DNA of 64,000 bases from an uncultured Christensenella sp. (GCA_964573405.1 CAZNJK010000001.1:29054-93053), one strand, 5' to 3'; counted from the first letter of the stretch, positions 21,121-36,133 are shown. The notes: a model not told the origin generated them from the letters alone. Translations and numbers: made by a program.

Positions 21121-21816
21121 TTATTTGCTATTCAACATAAGTTCTTTTAACTTTCCATAATATTTTAGTTTGGTAATTGTGCTTGAGTTAATGACCGAAT
21201 TTTGGCGGGCGATTATTTCGCCATTTGGTGCTTTTATGTCCTTCATAATCTTGCGATTGAGCAAAAATTGATAGTTGTTCTCATTGGGAAGTGGGGTGCT
21301 CATTATCTTTACGACGGGTTCTGGCGTGGACGCTAGATTTGATATTTTCTTTCGTTGTGGGGCAAATCTACTGAGAGAAGTTTTTTTGTCCAGTGACACT
21401 GTTGTTATTTGGTCGCCAAGACCTACAATTTGTGAAGGAGTAAAGGACTTTTCGCCAACAGAAATAGACTCGATGTGACCATTTTTAAGTACTTCAATTT
21501 CATCGACCTTGCCAATAAGTGCACCACTGAGCGAGTATGCGGTTGATGTAAGGGGATTGGTTAAATCGGCTTGAAGATTGTCCAAATTTTCATATAATGT
21601 GATTTTAGATGAGTTTTTAATAAATATTGCATCTTTGAATGTGAAAATGTCGCTAAATTTAACTAATTTGTAAGTATCGTTTGTTTCGTCAAATATTTTT
21701 ATGTATGTTAGACTTTTTTGAGAATTGTCAAAACATACATTTTCTACATATCCTTCAATTCTTGATTTAAAAATATTAATAACGGGTAAAGATATAAATT
21801 GACTAACCTTAAACAT
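21121..21816 (-). CDS. PRC-barrel domain protein (YlmC/YmxH/YrrD-like, likely sporulation)
   Basis: SQFISLPVINI...EGYVENVCFD; second barrel; LLNRKIMKDI...IIARQNSVI C-terminal module. Confidence 0.7.
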   Translation of the reverse strand: MFKVSQFISLPVINIFKSRIEGYVENVCFDNSQKSLTYIKIFDETNDTYKLVKFSDIFTFKDAIFIKNSSKITLYENLDNLQADLTNPLTSTAYSLSGALIGKVDEIEVLKNGHIESISVGEKSFTPSQIVGLGDQITTVSLDKKTSLSRFAPQRKKISNLASTPEPVVKIMSTPLPNENNYQFLLNRKIMKDIKAPNGEIIARQNSVINSSTITKLKYYGKLKELMLNSK

Positions 21817-21943
21817 AGGGAGCCTCCAATTTTTTTCGATAAAATATATTATATTGTATTGTGAAAGGGCAAAGTATATGCCATTTATTTTGTCAAAACG
21901 GAAAATTATGCTATAATTTTAAAAAACTATAAAAGGGACGATT

Positions 21944-22852
21944 ATGGGCTTTTTAAAAAGAATAAAGCAGATGTTTTCTAAGAATATTGATTGTTCGGAT
22001 CAATTAGAGGGAAAACTCTTTTATTATTATTCAAAAAAGAATAGGCAAGTTAATGTGGGAGCGAATATAATTGTGCCCGAGCACTACTCGGCGGTTTTTG
22101 TATGTCGCGATAAGGTGTGTGATGTGCTTAGCAGTGGGAAATTTGGCATAAATGGTGCAACACTTCCAAAATCTTTTGAAAGACTGAAACTTGGGAAGGC
22201 TAATAAAAAGGGAAAGTTTAAGAAGAAGTTTTTGGCTGATATTTACTACATTTCAAATACTTTGGCTCAAGATGTGGATTTTTTGTCGTACAATAATTAT
22301 GTCAACAAAAGTAGAAAACTTGGGAAAGTAAAGGCTCGCTCGCAAGGGTTATTTGACATCGAAGTTATTGACCCCAAAAAGATGTTAAAGTACTTTCTTA
22401 GCGAAAGGCCATATGTGGATGAAGACCTTTTCTTAGACCTACTTGGCGGGCTTGTGGGAAATTATGTCAACAAGCTTTTGGAGATTAATTTTGACGATTT
22501 TTATGAGATATTGGTTTCGCCAAAAGTTGCAAATCAAAAAATAAATGCAATCATTAGTGTGGAAGATTATTTTTCAAGTTATGGCTTTAAAATATCTAAT
22601 GTCAGATTTGATTCGCTTAATGTGAGCACTAAGTTGAAGACGAGAATAGAGGAGTATTTGAATAAAAACAAGGGGCTAGACTACATCAACATATCTTTGC
22701 AGAGTGCCGAACCGCAACAAAATAAAAGCGAAGAGAATGATGAGAAGTTGAAAAAACCGACTCAAAAAATTTGTGTAAAATGTGGCAATAAATTAAGCGA
22801 AACTGCTATTTTTTGTGAGAAGTGTGGCACAAAATTTAACAATTTAAATTAA
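21944..22852 (+). CDS. SPFH-like (YdjI-type) protein with C-terminal zinc ribbon
   Basis: IIVPEHYSAVFVCRDKVCDVLSSGKF; CVKCG...FCEKCG. Confidence 0.7.
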   Translation: MGFLKRIKQMFSKNIDCSDQLEGKLFYYYSKKNRQVNVGANIIVPEHYSAVFVCRDKVCDVLSSGKFGINGATLPKSFERLKLGKANKKGKFKKKFLADIYYISNTLAQDVDFLSYNNYVNKSRKLGKVKARSQGLFDIEVIDPKKMLKYFLSERPYVDEDLFLDLLGGLVGNYVNKLLEINFDDFYEILVSPKVANQKINAIISVEDYFSSYGFKISNVRFDSLNVSTKLKTRIEEYLNKNKGLDYINISLQSAEPQQNKSEENDEKLKKPTQKICVKCGNKLSETAIFCEKCGTKFNNLN

Positions 22853-22983
22853 ATGCTTATTTTATTTGTAATTTTTTTATATTTTTAATATAATATATAT
22901 GATAATAGTGTTAATTTTTAATAATTTGCAGTATTATGCAAAACTTTATTTTGTGGCTTTATTTAGCCATAAGGGGAGATAAT

Positions 22984-23874
22984 ATGAAAGTTGCTTTTAT
23001 AGTCCCTATTTTGTCGGACTGTGATATTAATCAAAGATTTGAAGCGATAGAGTCGGCTTGCAAGGAGTCGGATGTTGATTTTGAAGTGATTTTTGCATTC
23101 AACAACAAACTTAACAATATGTTTTCAAAAGTGAGAAGCACATTTATTGAGAATAAAAAGGTTAAGGCGTTTCAAGTAAATAAGTCAGTTAATCAACACA
23201 AACTTATTACTATCGCTATGCGTTGTTGTGAAGATTATGATGCAACAATCATATATAGTGGAAAGGAAACAATCAATGTGGATGTCGTTAAGGCTTTTAT
23301 AACAAGTTGGAAAGCGGGCAACAAGATTGTGTATTTGAAAAAAGTGTTCTCGGGCTTTAAAAAAGTTTGGACGGCTATCAAAAACGGAATTTATTGGCTT
23401 GGCACTAAAATTATGGGCATATATAAGGATATTGGGGCAGAAACTGACATCCAACTATTTGATAAAGATGTGGTAATCACTATCAATCAATTGCCAAATA
23501 AGAATAGGCACCTAAGGACGCTTGATTCCTTTATAGGATATAATTATGACATAATTAAGATGGAAGTCGATAGCAAGATAAAAGATAGTAAGTCGTACAT
23601 TGAAAAGACAAAAAAATACAAATTATCAAATATTCTTTCTTGGTCGTTTTTTGCAATCGCTGTCGCTTTGTTGACGGTCGGGATTTTGACAATTGCTCTT
23701 AATTGGAAGATGAAACTTGTTCTTAATGTTGTGGTATGGCTTGGATTTTTGATGTTTATGATGTTCGCTTTAGTATATTACACGAAAAGAATTTTGCTTA
23801 TAAGAGTTGGCGACAGCGAAGATATGAGCGATATTGACGAAATTATTAACAAAATGGAAAAATATAACTTTTAA
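22984..23874 (+). CDS. GT2 (YkcC/GtrB/ArnC-like) glycosyltransferase-fold membrane protein, catalytic motifs degenerate
   Basis: FIVP start, ETDIQLFDKDVV, two C-terminal TM helices; no DxD; start at ATG 22984 after GGGGAG. Confidence 0.7.
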   Translation: MKVAFIVPILSDCDINQRFEAIESACKESDVDFEVIFAFNNKLNNMFSKVRSTFIENKKVKAFQVNKSVNQHKLITIAMRCCEDYDATIIYSGKETINVDVVKAFITSWKAGNKIVYLKKVFSGFKKVWTAIKNGIYWLGTKIMGIYKDIGAETDIQLFDKDVVITINQLPNKNRHLRTLDSFIGYNYDIIKMEVDSKIKDSKSYIEKTKKYKLSNILSWSFFAIAVALLTVGILTIALNWKMKLVLNVVVWLGFLMFMMFALVYYTKRILLIRVGDSEDMSDIDEIINKMEKYNF

Positions 23875-23960
23875 TTTTTAAAATCACATTCTATAATGTG
23901 ATTTTTTTATTGTATTTTGTTTGATTTTTGGCGGTTTGTTGATATAATTAAAATAATTAA

Positions 23961-24998
<1,038 letters not shown>

Positions 24999-25011
24999 TT
25001 AAAATTGGGTC

Positions 25012-25040
25012 TTGTCAAAAGCGAATATGTGTGATATAAT
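25012..25040 (+). promoter_or_regulatory. Sigma-A promoter
   Basis: TTGTCA, 17 bp, TGaTATAAT. Confidence 0.7.
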
Positions 25041-25072
25041 GGTTTCGTTAAAGAAATTAGGAGAATAGAAAT

Positions 25073-25360
25073 ATGAAAAATAAGACTAAAAAGATATTGG
25101 CAAATATGCTTGGTGCTGTAGCATTGACTGGTGGGGCTGTTGCTGGCACTACTGGAATAAATAAGTATTATGAAGATACAAAAGATGCGCGCGAAGAAAA
25201 ACGAATGGCTGAAGTTTTGGAAGATATGAAAGAAGATCAAGAAGCATTTGATTCGGCAATTAAAGAATTGATGCAAGCAAAAAATAGCAGTGAAGCGTCA
25301 AACCAATCAAGCGATGTTAATGAAAACACACATAGCGACGATGACGTTATGGAAAGATAA
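25073..25360 (+). CDS. Small hypothetical protein with N-terminal hydrophobic/Gly-rich segment and acidic tail
   Basis: AGGAG RBS, own promoter and downstream hairpin. Confidence 0.8.
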   Translation: MKNKTKKILANMLGAVALTGGAVAGTTGINKYYEDTKDAREEKRMAEVLEDMKEDQEAFDSAIKELMQAKNSSEASNQSSDVNENTHSDDDVMER

Positions 25361-25484
25361 TCGCAAATAATATAGAAAAAATAGCACTAGGAATTAACCT
25401 AATGCTATTTTTATTTAAAAACTTACTTAAAATATAATACAATTGCAAAGACTTTATGGTATAATAACATTAGAGGTGAATTAT

Positions 25485-27034
<1,550 letters not shown>

Positions 27035-27184
27035 AATTTGGCTTTATGTGGCTATTGTTCTATTAAAATAATAATGTTTGATGAAGAAGGCTTAATAAAA
27101 GCTTTGGGGGATAAAAATAAATACAACTATCGAGATGTTAACCACATACTCGATTTTGATGTATAAGAATAAAAAGGAGAATGA

Positions 27185-29068
<1,884 letters not shown>

Positions 29069-29082
<14 letters not shown>

Positions 29083-29713
29083 AATCGAGGTGCAAAAGAA
29101 CCATAATGACCGAGTGAGTGTATTTGTGGATGACGAATATTATGCAAGTATGTTTTTGGACACTGCGGTAAAATATGGCATCAAGAAAGATTGTGAGATT
29201 GATGAAGAAGATTTTAAGAAATACCTAGTTGAGAGTGAACAAAACTTGGCTTTCAACAAGGCGTTTAATTATATGAATACCGCATTGAAGACGTCGAAAC
29301 AAATGCGAGATTATTTGAAGAAAAAAGGGTATGATGAATCGACGGTTGACAATGTAATAGCAAAATTAAAGGAGTATAATTACATTAATGACCGAACATT
29401 TGCCGAAGCATATGTAAATTCTTACAAATCAAAATACGGCAAAAATATGTTGAAGACAAAACTTATAGAAAAAGGTGTTGGAAAAAATATAATTGATGAA
29501 GTCCTTGAAGATTATGAGTCGAGTAATGCAGTTATAGATAAGTTATTGGCAAAAAAAATAGGGAAAAATCAACTTACACACGAGTTTGTGACAAAATGTA
29601 TAAGGTTTTTGTCAAGTAGGGGCTTTTCGTACGATGAAATTAATTCTGCTATAAGACGATATAAGGACGACAAACAAGGTGAAGAAGGGGAAGATTATGA
29701 AAGTTGGGATTGA
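29069..29713 (+). CDS. recX: Regulatory protein RecX (Firmicute long form)
   Basis: KISKIEVQKNHNDRVSVFVD, YNYINDRTFA, FLSSRGFSYDEI. Confidence 0.88.
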
Positions 29714-30059
29714 CATATTGGATGCTCAAAGAATGGAAAAATTGGCAAAAAATAGTGAGCAACTTTGCAAGATTTTTACCGATTATGAAATAGAACATTT
29801 TAACAAAAGCAACGGGTATTTGCCTAGGCTAGCGGGAATGTATTCGGCAAAAGAAGCGTTTTTGAAGGCACTTGGCGTGGGTATAAGAAACGGGATAAGT
29901 TTTCAAGAAATTGAAGTTTTTCACGACGAGTTGGGCAAGCCGGAATATAGGCTATCTAGCAGAGTGAAAGATGTGTTAAAGTCGTTAAAAATTACAAGTG
30001 CGGAACTTAGCATTTCTCACACCGACAATTTTGCGACGGCAATTTGCATAATGCAATAA
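29697..30059 (+). CDS. acpS: Holo-ACP synthase
   Basis: VGIDI, AGMYSAKEAFLKALG, SISH. Confidence 0.95.
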   Translation: MKVGIDILDAQRMEKLAKNSEQLCKIFTDYEIEHFNKSNGYLPRLAGMYSAKEAFLKALGVGIRNGISFQEIEVFHDELGKPEYRLSSRVKDVLKSLKITSAELSISHTDNFATAICIMQ

Positions 30060-30133
30060 AATTTACACAATCTAATAAAAACAAAAGAATTCTAGTATGA
30101 TTGCTAGAATTTTTTTATTCGGGGAGTGATATT

Positions 30134-30349
30134 GTGGACATTTTGGAAAAATATTGTTTAGAATTGCAAGAATATGCTAATAATCTTGATGACAAAAGAC
30201 AAGACTTGGAGCATATAATAAATGAAGATGTAGAAGATGTGAGCGAATATTTGTGCGACGCATTGCTAGAAGAAAACAACATTTTTGATGCCATGGGGGA
30301 GAATGATTTAATAAATTATGAAAAGTGGTTAGGTGATGGATTCTTTTAA
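30134..30349 (+). CDS. Small acidic protein in the antitoxin position upstream of mazF
   Basis: GTG 30134 after GGGGAG; overlaps mazF start. Confidence 0.65.
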   Translation: MDILEKYCLELQEYANNLDDKRQDLEHIINEDVEDVSEYLCDALLEENNIFDAMGENDLINYEKWLGDGFF

Positions 30350-30683
30350 AAGAGGTGAGTTGTATTTTGCCGACTTAAGTCCCGTTGTTGGGAGTGAGCA
30401 AGGTGGGATTAGGCCAGTATTAATAATTCAAAACGATGTGGGGAATAAATATAGCCCCACGGTGATTGTCGCTGCGGTCACTAGCCAAATTAATAAGGCA
30501 AAACTACCTACGCACATCGAACTTAGTTCGGCTAAATACGGGCTTCCGAAAGACAGCGTAATTCTTCTTGAGCAAGTGCGAACATTAGATAAGCGTAGGC
30601 TCAAAGAAAAAATTGGCATTGTAGATACAGAGAAAATGCGGAAAGTGGAAAACGCATTGCTTGTAAGTTTGGGACTAATATAG
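30333..30683 (+). CDS. mazF: MazF/PemK (EndoA) endoribonuclease toxin
   Basis: [53 protein letters not shown]. Confidence 0.97.
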   Translation: MMDSFKRGELYFADLSPVVGSEQGGIRPVLIIQNDVGNKYSPTVIVAAVTSQINKAKLPTHIELSSAKYGLPKDSVILLEQVRTLDKRRLKEKIGIVDTEKMRKVENALLVSLGLI

Positions 30684-30767
30684 CATTACATAAAAGTGCT
30701 GTTTTAGTGCCTTTTTTGTTGTGCTAAAAAAGTGAAAAAACACCGCAAAATATTTACAAAATACCTA

Positions 30768-30796
30768 TTGACAACGCATATATTTCATTGTATAAT
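30768..30796 (+). promoter_or_regulatory. Consensus sigma-A promoter
   Basis: TTGACA, 17 bp, TATAAT. Confidence 0.85.
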
Positions 30797-30824
30797 ATTG
30801 TAAATAAAAAGGGGGCTATGTGAA

Positions 30825-33800
30825 ATGGCACAAATAACAATCAAAGAAATCGTTGAATCTTATATGAGCGACAATAAGGCGTCTTTTAAGGATTTGCCTA
30901 CAGAGAGAAAACGAGAATTATATAGTGAATTGCACAAAAAAATCAAGTCAATAGTTCACAAAAGGTCAGTGGAATCTATTCCAAAAATGATTGACGGGTA
31001 TAAGACAACATTTTTGAAAGAGTCTGAAGACAATATGTTTTTGAACCTTGCAAATCGCACGACCCAAGATGAAAAGGTAAATGAATTCAAAGAAATAATC
31101 AATAAAAATGGCTACAATTGTGAATTCCCAGACCTAAAAGAAGAAGATGAAAATTTAAGCGGTTTGAAAAAGAGATTGAAAAATTTCCCAGACCCTACTA
31201 GCAAAAAATATGTTGCAGTTTCGGAAGATGACCTAGATTTAACAATTGGCGAACTTCTTCAATTATATAAAGATGCAAGTGTTACTCAAAATCGTTTTAG
31301 AATCATAAAGCAAGCGGTTATTGATGAGCCATTGAAGGCAAATAAACTCATTGATGAATACATCGCCACTGCTGGTGAAGACCCAACACTTGATGTATTT
31401 GAAATGGCACATATGGTACATAGGCACGAATACAAGGATGTAATCAAACAAATCGAAAACGAGAAGAAGAGATTAAGAGTGTTGAATAAAGCAGTTCCTG
31501 TGGTGAAAGACCCAGACGCGGTTGATAATAGCCTAGGATTTAATAGTTCGTTTGTAGGTGATTCTTTTGAGTACTCTATGGGGTATGATGATTATCTATC
31601 AAAACTATTCGCTGATGAAAAAACAAAAACTCCTAGTAATACTGTTAATCCTGCTGATTCAGTTGTAGAATTGGAAAAAGATGAACCTGAAAATTCTAAT
31701 CCAAATCCTACAACCCCACCAAGAACAGCGGCTAAAGAACCAAAGAAGAGAGAAACTGTTTGGGAATTTGGTAAGAGAGTTGAAGATGAGAAGAAGCCTT
31801 ATGAAGACCTTAGAGTAGATGTAAATGCTGACAATGAAAATGACTTTTTGTCCAGTAGTAATGAATTGTTATCGGATACTAATGAAAGATTCGAAGAATT
31901 GACTAAAGATGCTAAATGGGAACTTGCAGATGGTTTTGAAGGACCAAAATATGAAGGTGAAGTTCCTAACAGCAAAAAGGTTGGCAATTTAAACGGAAAT
32001 GCTTATGAATTTTATGAGAAATATAGAAATTCAAATCCTGTGAATTCACCAAAAACAGTGGCTAAAGATTCAAAGAAGAAAGAAACTGTTTGGGAATTTG
32101 GCAAGAGAGTTGAAGATGAGAAGAAACCTAATACTGGAGAATTGCTTAAAGAGTTGGTGGATAAGATAAAAGACGAACCTAAAGATGCTAAATCTACTAA
32201 TGAAAGATTTAAAGAAGTGGTAAATAAATCGAAATTGGAATTTGTAGATGGTTTTAAAGAACCAAAGTATGACCGCAGAGTTCCTAATGATGCTTATAAA
32301 TTTTATGAGCAATACAGAAACAAAGACGGTCAAGCCAAAGCAAACGGCGACGATAAAGTAAGCGACAAGCATTATGAAGACATCAAAAAAGTGCTTCAAA
32401 ATACTGTTGATATATATAGAAATTCTATTGATTTGTTGTATTCTTTCTCTTCCGATAAATTAGAGAAATCTGGAAGACAACTAAATGAAGATTCTAAAGA
32501 ATTGTTGGATTCAATTAATAATGATTTGACAAGTATAGAGATTGATAGAATTGAAGCAGTAGAAAAAGCATTGAAAGATGATGATCGAAACAAAATTGAA
32601 GAGTGGTATAATAGCAAAAAATATGTTGTTAATCCTTCAACAAAAGACTTCTATGTTGACAATGCATTAAAGCCTATGAACTACTACAAATTTATGAATA
32701 ACAAAATGGGGAATGTTGCACAAAAATTAAAGGAAAATGGTGTAGACATCTACAATGTGTTTAATTCTAGCACGGTTGTCGCGGACCCAGACGCTCCAGC
32801 AGGGCATGTCGCTCGAGGATATGCTGGGGTTGATTATGTTAATTCTTACAACTTCAAAAATGCAATGAACCTATTTACTAAGCCAAAAACTGATGAAAAA
32901 GTGGCAGACAGCGACAATAAAAATGTTGAAGAGAGTGGAAAAAATACTGCTAAAGGCGAAAATAACAATAAAAAAGCAGATGCAAAGGCTAATAGTGATG
33001 AATTTGTTGCTATGGGCCCAGATATAAAAGACGTAGAAAAAGCAAATGCCGAATTTGAAGAAAATCAAAAATTGGCTACCGAGCAAAATGGGGAAAAGAC
33101 TACCAAAAATAAGAAAGAGAAAAAGAATAGAAGAGATGAAAAACAAAATACTAGTGATGTAGATAACAATGCTAATAAGAGCACAACTAAGAACAAAAAG
33201 AAAGACAATGTGTTCAAACGCATTGGAAAATGGATGGCTCGTAAGCCAGTATTGACCGCGACATTGTTATTTGCAACTATTGCATTGCCAGTTACTGGTG
33301 CGTTGTCTACAACAATTCTACCTAGTGTGTTCTTGTTTGGAACAGTTGGGCTACTTGCAAGCAACGGCGTGAAAGGAGCGGCAAAAGGGGTTTCTCCACG
33401 ATACAAGAGATTCATATACAACTATGACATTGACAAGAAGATGAAAAAACTTGAAGTAACTCAAGAACGAATGGCTTCAAAAATTAGATATGCACAAAAC
33501 ATTTTGGATAAAAGAGATGTAAAAGAAAAACGCACATATGTCGAGTTGCCACAAAATAGCAAAGGTAACGGGGCAGAGTATGCTCTTGGGTATTACAAGA
33601 ACAAGAAGGATCAAATTAAGAAGACTGCTTCAAGAAAGAGAGCGGAAAGGTCTATTAAGAGTTCTGAAAAGGCTGAGAGAAAATTGGCTAATATTGATTA
33701 CAACTTATCAGGAGTTGAAGCAAAACAAATCAACGAGATTGTAAAACTTGGCAAGAAAGAAGACAAAATGAAAAAGGCTATTGGCAAGAAGTACGACAAG

Positions 33801-34409
33801 ATGATGAGTGTAAGGGGTATTGATGGTGCTACATATAGAGCAGACGCAGAAATGAAAGAAAATATGGAAAATAGCACTGCATTAAAGAATAATGAATTGG
33901 AAATGAAGACTGCCATTGACGATATTGCAAAGGTTAAACATTTTGCTAGAAAGATAAAATCTCAAGAAAAGAAAGATGTTAAGACAGAGAATAAGATTGA
34001 GAAAATAATGGAAGAGTCTTTATCTGATGAAAAGTCAAGGCGTGAAGCATTGGATTATATCGTTAAAGACATGATTGCTAATGACGGTAAAGTTAATTCA
34101 GCATTAATGAACATTGTAAACAAAAAAGTTGGCAAAGTAGGTGCTCAATACATCAAAACCAGATATGAAGAGTCTCAAATCGGAAATGATGATACTTCTG
34201 CAAGTGAGACAATATATGGTGAAATGGAAGGTAAATCTTCAAAGGCTGACTCAAATATTGCAAGAGCAGAGTCTTACGGCAGATATGCATACAGAAGCGG
34301 TATGTCGGTTATGGAATTGGCTAAAAGAATCAAAGATCCAAAACTTCAAAAGGTCGCATTGGATGCATACGATAAAGAAGAAGCAAGAGATAACGATAGA
34401 TTAATGTAA
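30825..34409 (+). CDS. Large orphan protein (1194 aa) with two ~110-aa internal repeats and a hydrophobic hairpin
   Basis: KK.ETVWEFGKRVEDEKKP repeated 330 bp apart (31742, 32072); hydrophobic VLTATLLF...VGLLA; terminator 34410-34449. Confidence 0.85.
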   Translation: MAQITIKEIVESYMSDNKASFKDLPTERKRELYSELHKKIKSIVHKRSVESIPKMIDGYKTTFLKESEDNMFLNLANRTTQDEKVNEFKEIINKNGYNCEFPDLKEEDENLSGLKKRLKNFPDPTSKKYVAVSEDDLDLTIGELLQLYKDASVTQNRFRIIKQAVIDEPLKANKLIDEYIATAGEDPTLDVFEMAHMVHRHEYKDVIKQIENEKKRLRVLNKAVPVVKDPDAVDNSLGFNSSFVGDSFEYSMGYDDYLSKLFADEKTKTPSNTVNPADSVVELEKDEPENSNPNPTTPPRTAAKEPKKRETVWEFGKRVEDEKKPYEDLRVDVNADNENDFLSSSNELLSDTNERFEELTKDAKWELADGFEGPKYEGEVPNSKKVGNLNGNAYEFYEKYRNSNPVNSPKTVAKDSKKKETVWEFGKRVEDEKKPNTGELLKELVDKIKDEPKDAKSTNERFKEVVNKSKLEFVDGFKEPKYDRRVPNDAYKFYEQYRNKDGQAKANGDDKVSDKHYEDIKKVLQNTVDIYRNSIDLLYSFSSDKLEKSGRQLNEDSKELLDSINNDLTSIEIDRIEAVEKALKDDDRNKIEEWYNSKKYVVNPSTKDFYVDNALKPMNYYKFMNNKMGNVAQKLKENGVDIYNVFNSSTVVADPDAPAGHVARGYAGVDYVNSYNFKNAMNLFTKPKTDEKVADSDNKNVEESGKNTAKGENNNKKADAKANSDEFVAMGPDIKDVEKANAEFEENQKLATEQNGEKTTKNKKEKKNRRDEKQNTSDVDNNANKSTTKNKKKDNVFKRIGKWMARKPVLTATLLFATIALPVTGALSTTILPSVFLFGTVGLLASNGVKGAAKGVSPRYKRFIYNYDIDKKMKKLEVTQERMASKIRYAQNILDKRDVKEKRTYVELPQNSKGNGAEYALGYYKNKKDQIKKTASRKRAERSIKSSEKAERKLANIDYNLSGVEAKQINEIVKLGKKEDKMKKAIGKKYDKMMSVRGIDGATYRADAEMKENMENSTALKNNELEMKTAIDDIAKVKHFARKIKSQEKKDVKTENKIEKIMEESLSDEKSRREALDYIVKDMIANDGKVNSALMNIVNKKVGKVGAQYIKTRYEESQIGNDDTSASETIYGEMEGKSSKADSNIARAESYGRYAYRSGMSVMELAKRIKDPKLQKVALDAYDKEEARDNDRLM

Positions 34410-34692
34410 TAAAAAAAGAAAGTTGCTAAGATTAACAACTTTCTTTTTTGTTTTGTCTTCATCCTATTATTATTTTAGGATTTTGGCTTTATATGGTTTG
34501 TTTTTCAATATTTGCATAGTACTCAATAAAATAAAAAGTACACTCAATTTTGGAACTTGTAGCACATTTTAAATGAGTTAAAGGATTTTAATAATTCGAC
34601 ATAAAATATTTTAATGATCGGTAAATTCACTTGCTTAAAAACCGCTTAAATTATATAATATTATATATATTTTATATAAAAAGGAAAAGGCT

Positions 34693-35604
34693 ATGAGTAA
34701 TTACAATGTATTTGGCGACAAAATTATTTCAATTTTCGGTTTTAAGTTTAAGATAAAGAATTTGCTTTTAACCCTTATTATTTCGTGCTTTGTTGCTGTT
34801 GTGTTGGTGCTACTTGATTTGTATGTTATAAATATCAGTTGGTACGGCGTAATTATTGGTACGGGCTTTTTGATTGCTTTGGTGTGTGCAATTCAGTTGT
34901 GTCAGTATAGGGGATTGCCTAATGACTATCCTTATGACTTGATTCTTTGGATTTTCCCATTGTCGATTGTGTTTGCTAGGGCGTATTATGTAATCTGTTC
35001 GCCTGACGAATTTGCCAATTTTGGCGAGATGATTGCAGTATGGAACGGCGGAATTGCTATTTATGGCGGAATTATAGGCGGGATTATTGCCATTTGTATA
35101 TGTTGTGCCATCAAAAAACAAAATGTAATTTCCACCTTTGATGTGGCATCTCCTTGCTTAATTATTGCTCAATCTATAGGCAGATGGGGTAATTTCATCA
35201 ATCAAGAAGTGTATGGAATGGAAGTAAAAAATAAGGCAATGCAATGGTTTCCATTTGCGGTGCATATTACTGCTAATGGTCAAGATTCGTGGCATTTGGC
35301 GACATTCTTCTATGAATCAATCCTTACATGTGCTGGATTTTTCTTGCTTGTCACGATTTTGAGAAAGTGTAAGATTAAGGGGGTTGTTGCAAGTACATAT
35401 TTGGTGTATTATGGCGTGGTTAGATATATATTGGAAGGGCTTAGAGAGAGCGAGTATATATTGAACATCCCTGGCACAAAGTTGGCGGTATCAAAAGTAG
35501 TTAGTTTGGTTATAATTTTGGTAGGGGTAGTTTGGTTGACTTGCCTACTAATCAAAAATAGGAAAAAACCACTTGAAAAAACTGAAAGTTCTAACAACAA
35601 TTAA
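34693..35604 (+). CDS. lgt: Prolipoprotein diacylglyceryl transferase
   Basis: WYGVII, GGIAIYGGIIGG, AQSIGRWGNFINQEVYG, YESI, EGLR. Confidence 0.96.
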   Translation: MSNYNVFGDKIISIFGFKFKIKNLLLTLIISCFVAVVLVLLDLYVINISWYGVIIGTGFLIALVCAIQLCQYRGLPNDYPYDLILWIFPLSIVFARAYYVICSPDEFANFGEMIAVWNGGIAIYGGIIGGIIAICICCAIKKQNVISTFDVASPCLIIAQSIGRWGNFINQEVYGMEVKNKAMQWFPFAVHITANGQDSWHLATFFYESILTCAGFFLLVTILRKCKIKGVVASTYLVYYGVVRYILEGLRESEYILNIPGTKLAVSKVVSLVIILVGVVWLTCLLIKNRKKPLEKTESSNNN

Positions 35605-36076
35605 TTGTATAATTATCGCAATTCTTGGTGCTACATTGCTCGGCTTGTATTTCGTGCCCAATTTTGATTTTGGCAAATATTGGTATGTGATAGTTGTTAC
35701 ATTTTATTCGGTTATGCTTTATATTAAATATGGGCTATTTGGTAGCGATAATGCACTTTGGTTTGCACTTTGCTTGTCGATGCTGTCGGGATATATGACA
35801 CTTGTAAATATGGAGATTTTGCGATATGCTACTTATCCGATTGTATTGGTTGTTTTGGCGGTGGCGAGTCTAGTTGTGTATTGTATATATAAAAACACAT
35901 TGCATTTGGACCTAGTGATAGTGTTTTTAAGCACTTCAATTCCATTGTTTTTATTTAGTTATGGAGTTATTGGCGTGTGGTGGCTAGTTGGGGGAGAAGT
36001 CGTGGTGAGTGCAATCGTGGTGGCGGTTGTAAGTGCGATAAATAGGGCATATAATCGCTATGACAACTTCAAATAA
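35573..36076 (+). CDS. Hypothetical multi-pass membrane protein
   Basis: Continuous hydrophobic helices; operonic with lgt. Confidence 0.7.
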   Translation: MKKLKVLTTINCIIIAILGATLLGLYFVPNFDFGKYWYVIVVTFYSVMLYIKYGLFGSDNALWFALCLSMLSGYMTLVNMEILRYATYPIVLVVLAVASLVVYCIYKNTLHLDLVIVFLSTSIPLFLFSYGVIGVWWLVGGEVVVSAIVVAVVSAINRAYNRYDNFK

Positions 36077-36133
36077 TTAATTATTTTTAAGAAATTGACA
36101 AAACAAAAAAGATAAAAATAAAAAGGTGATATT

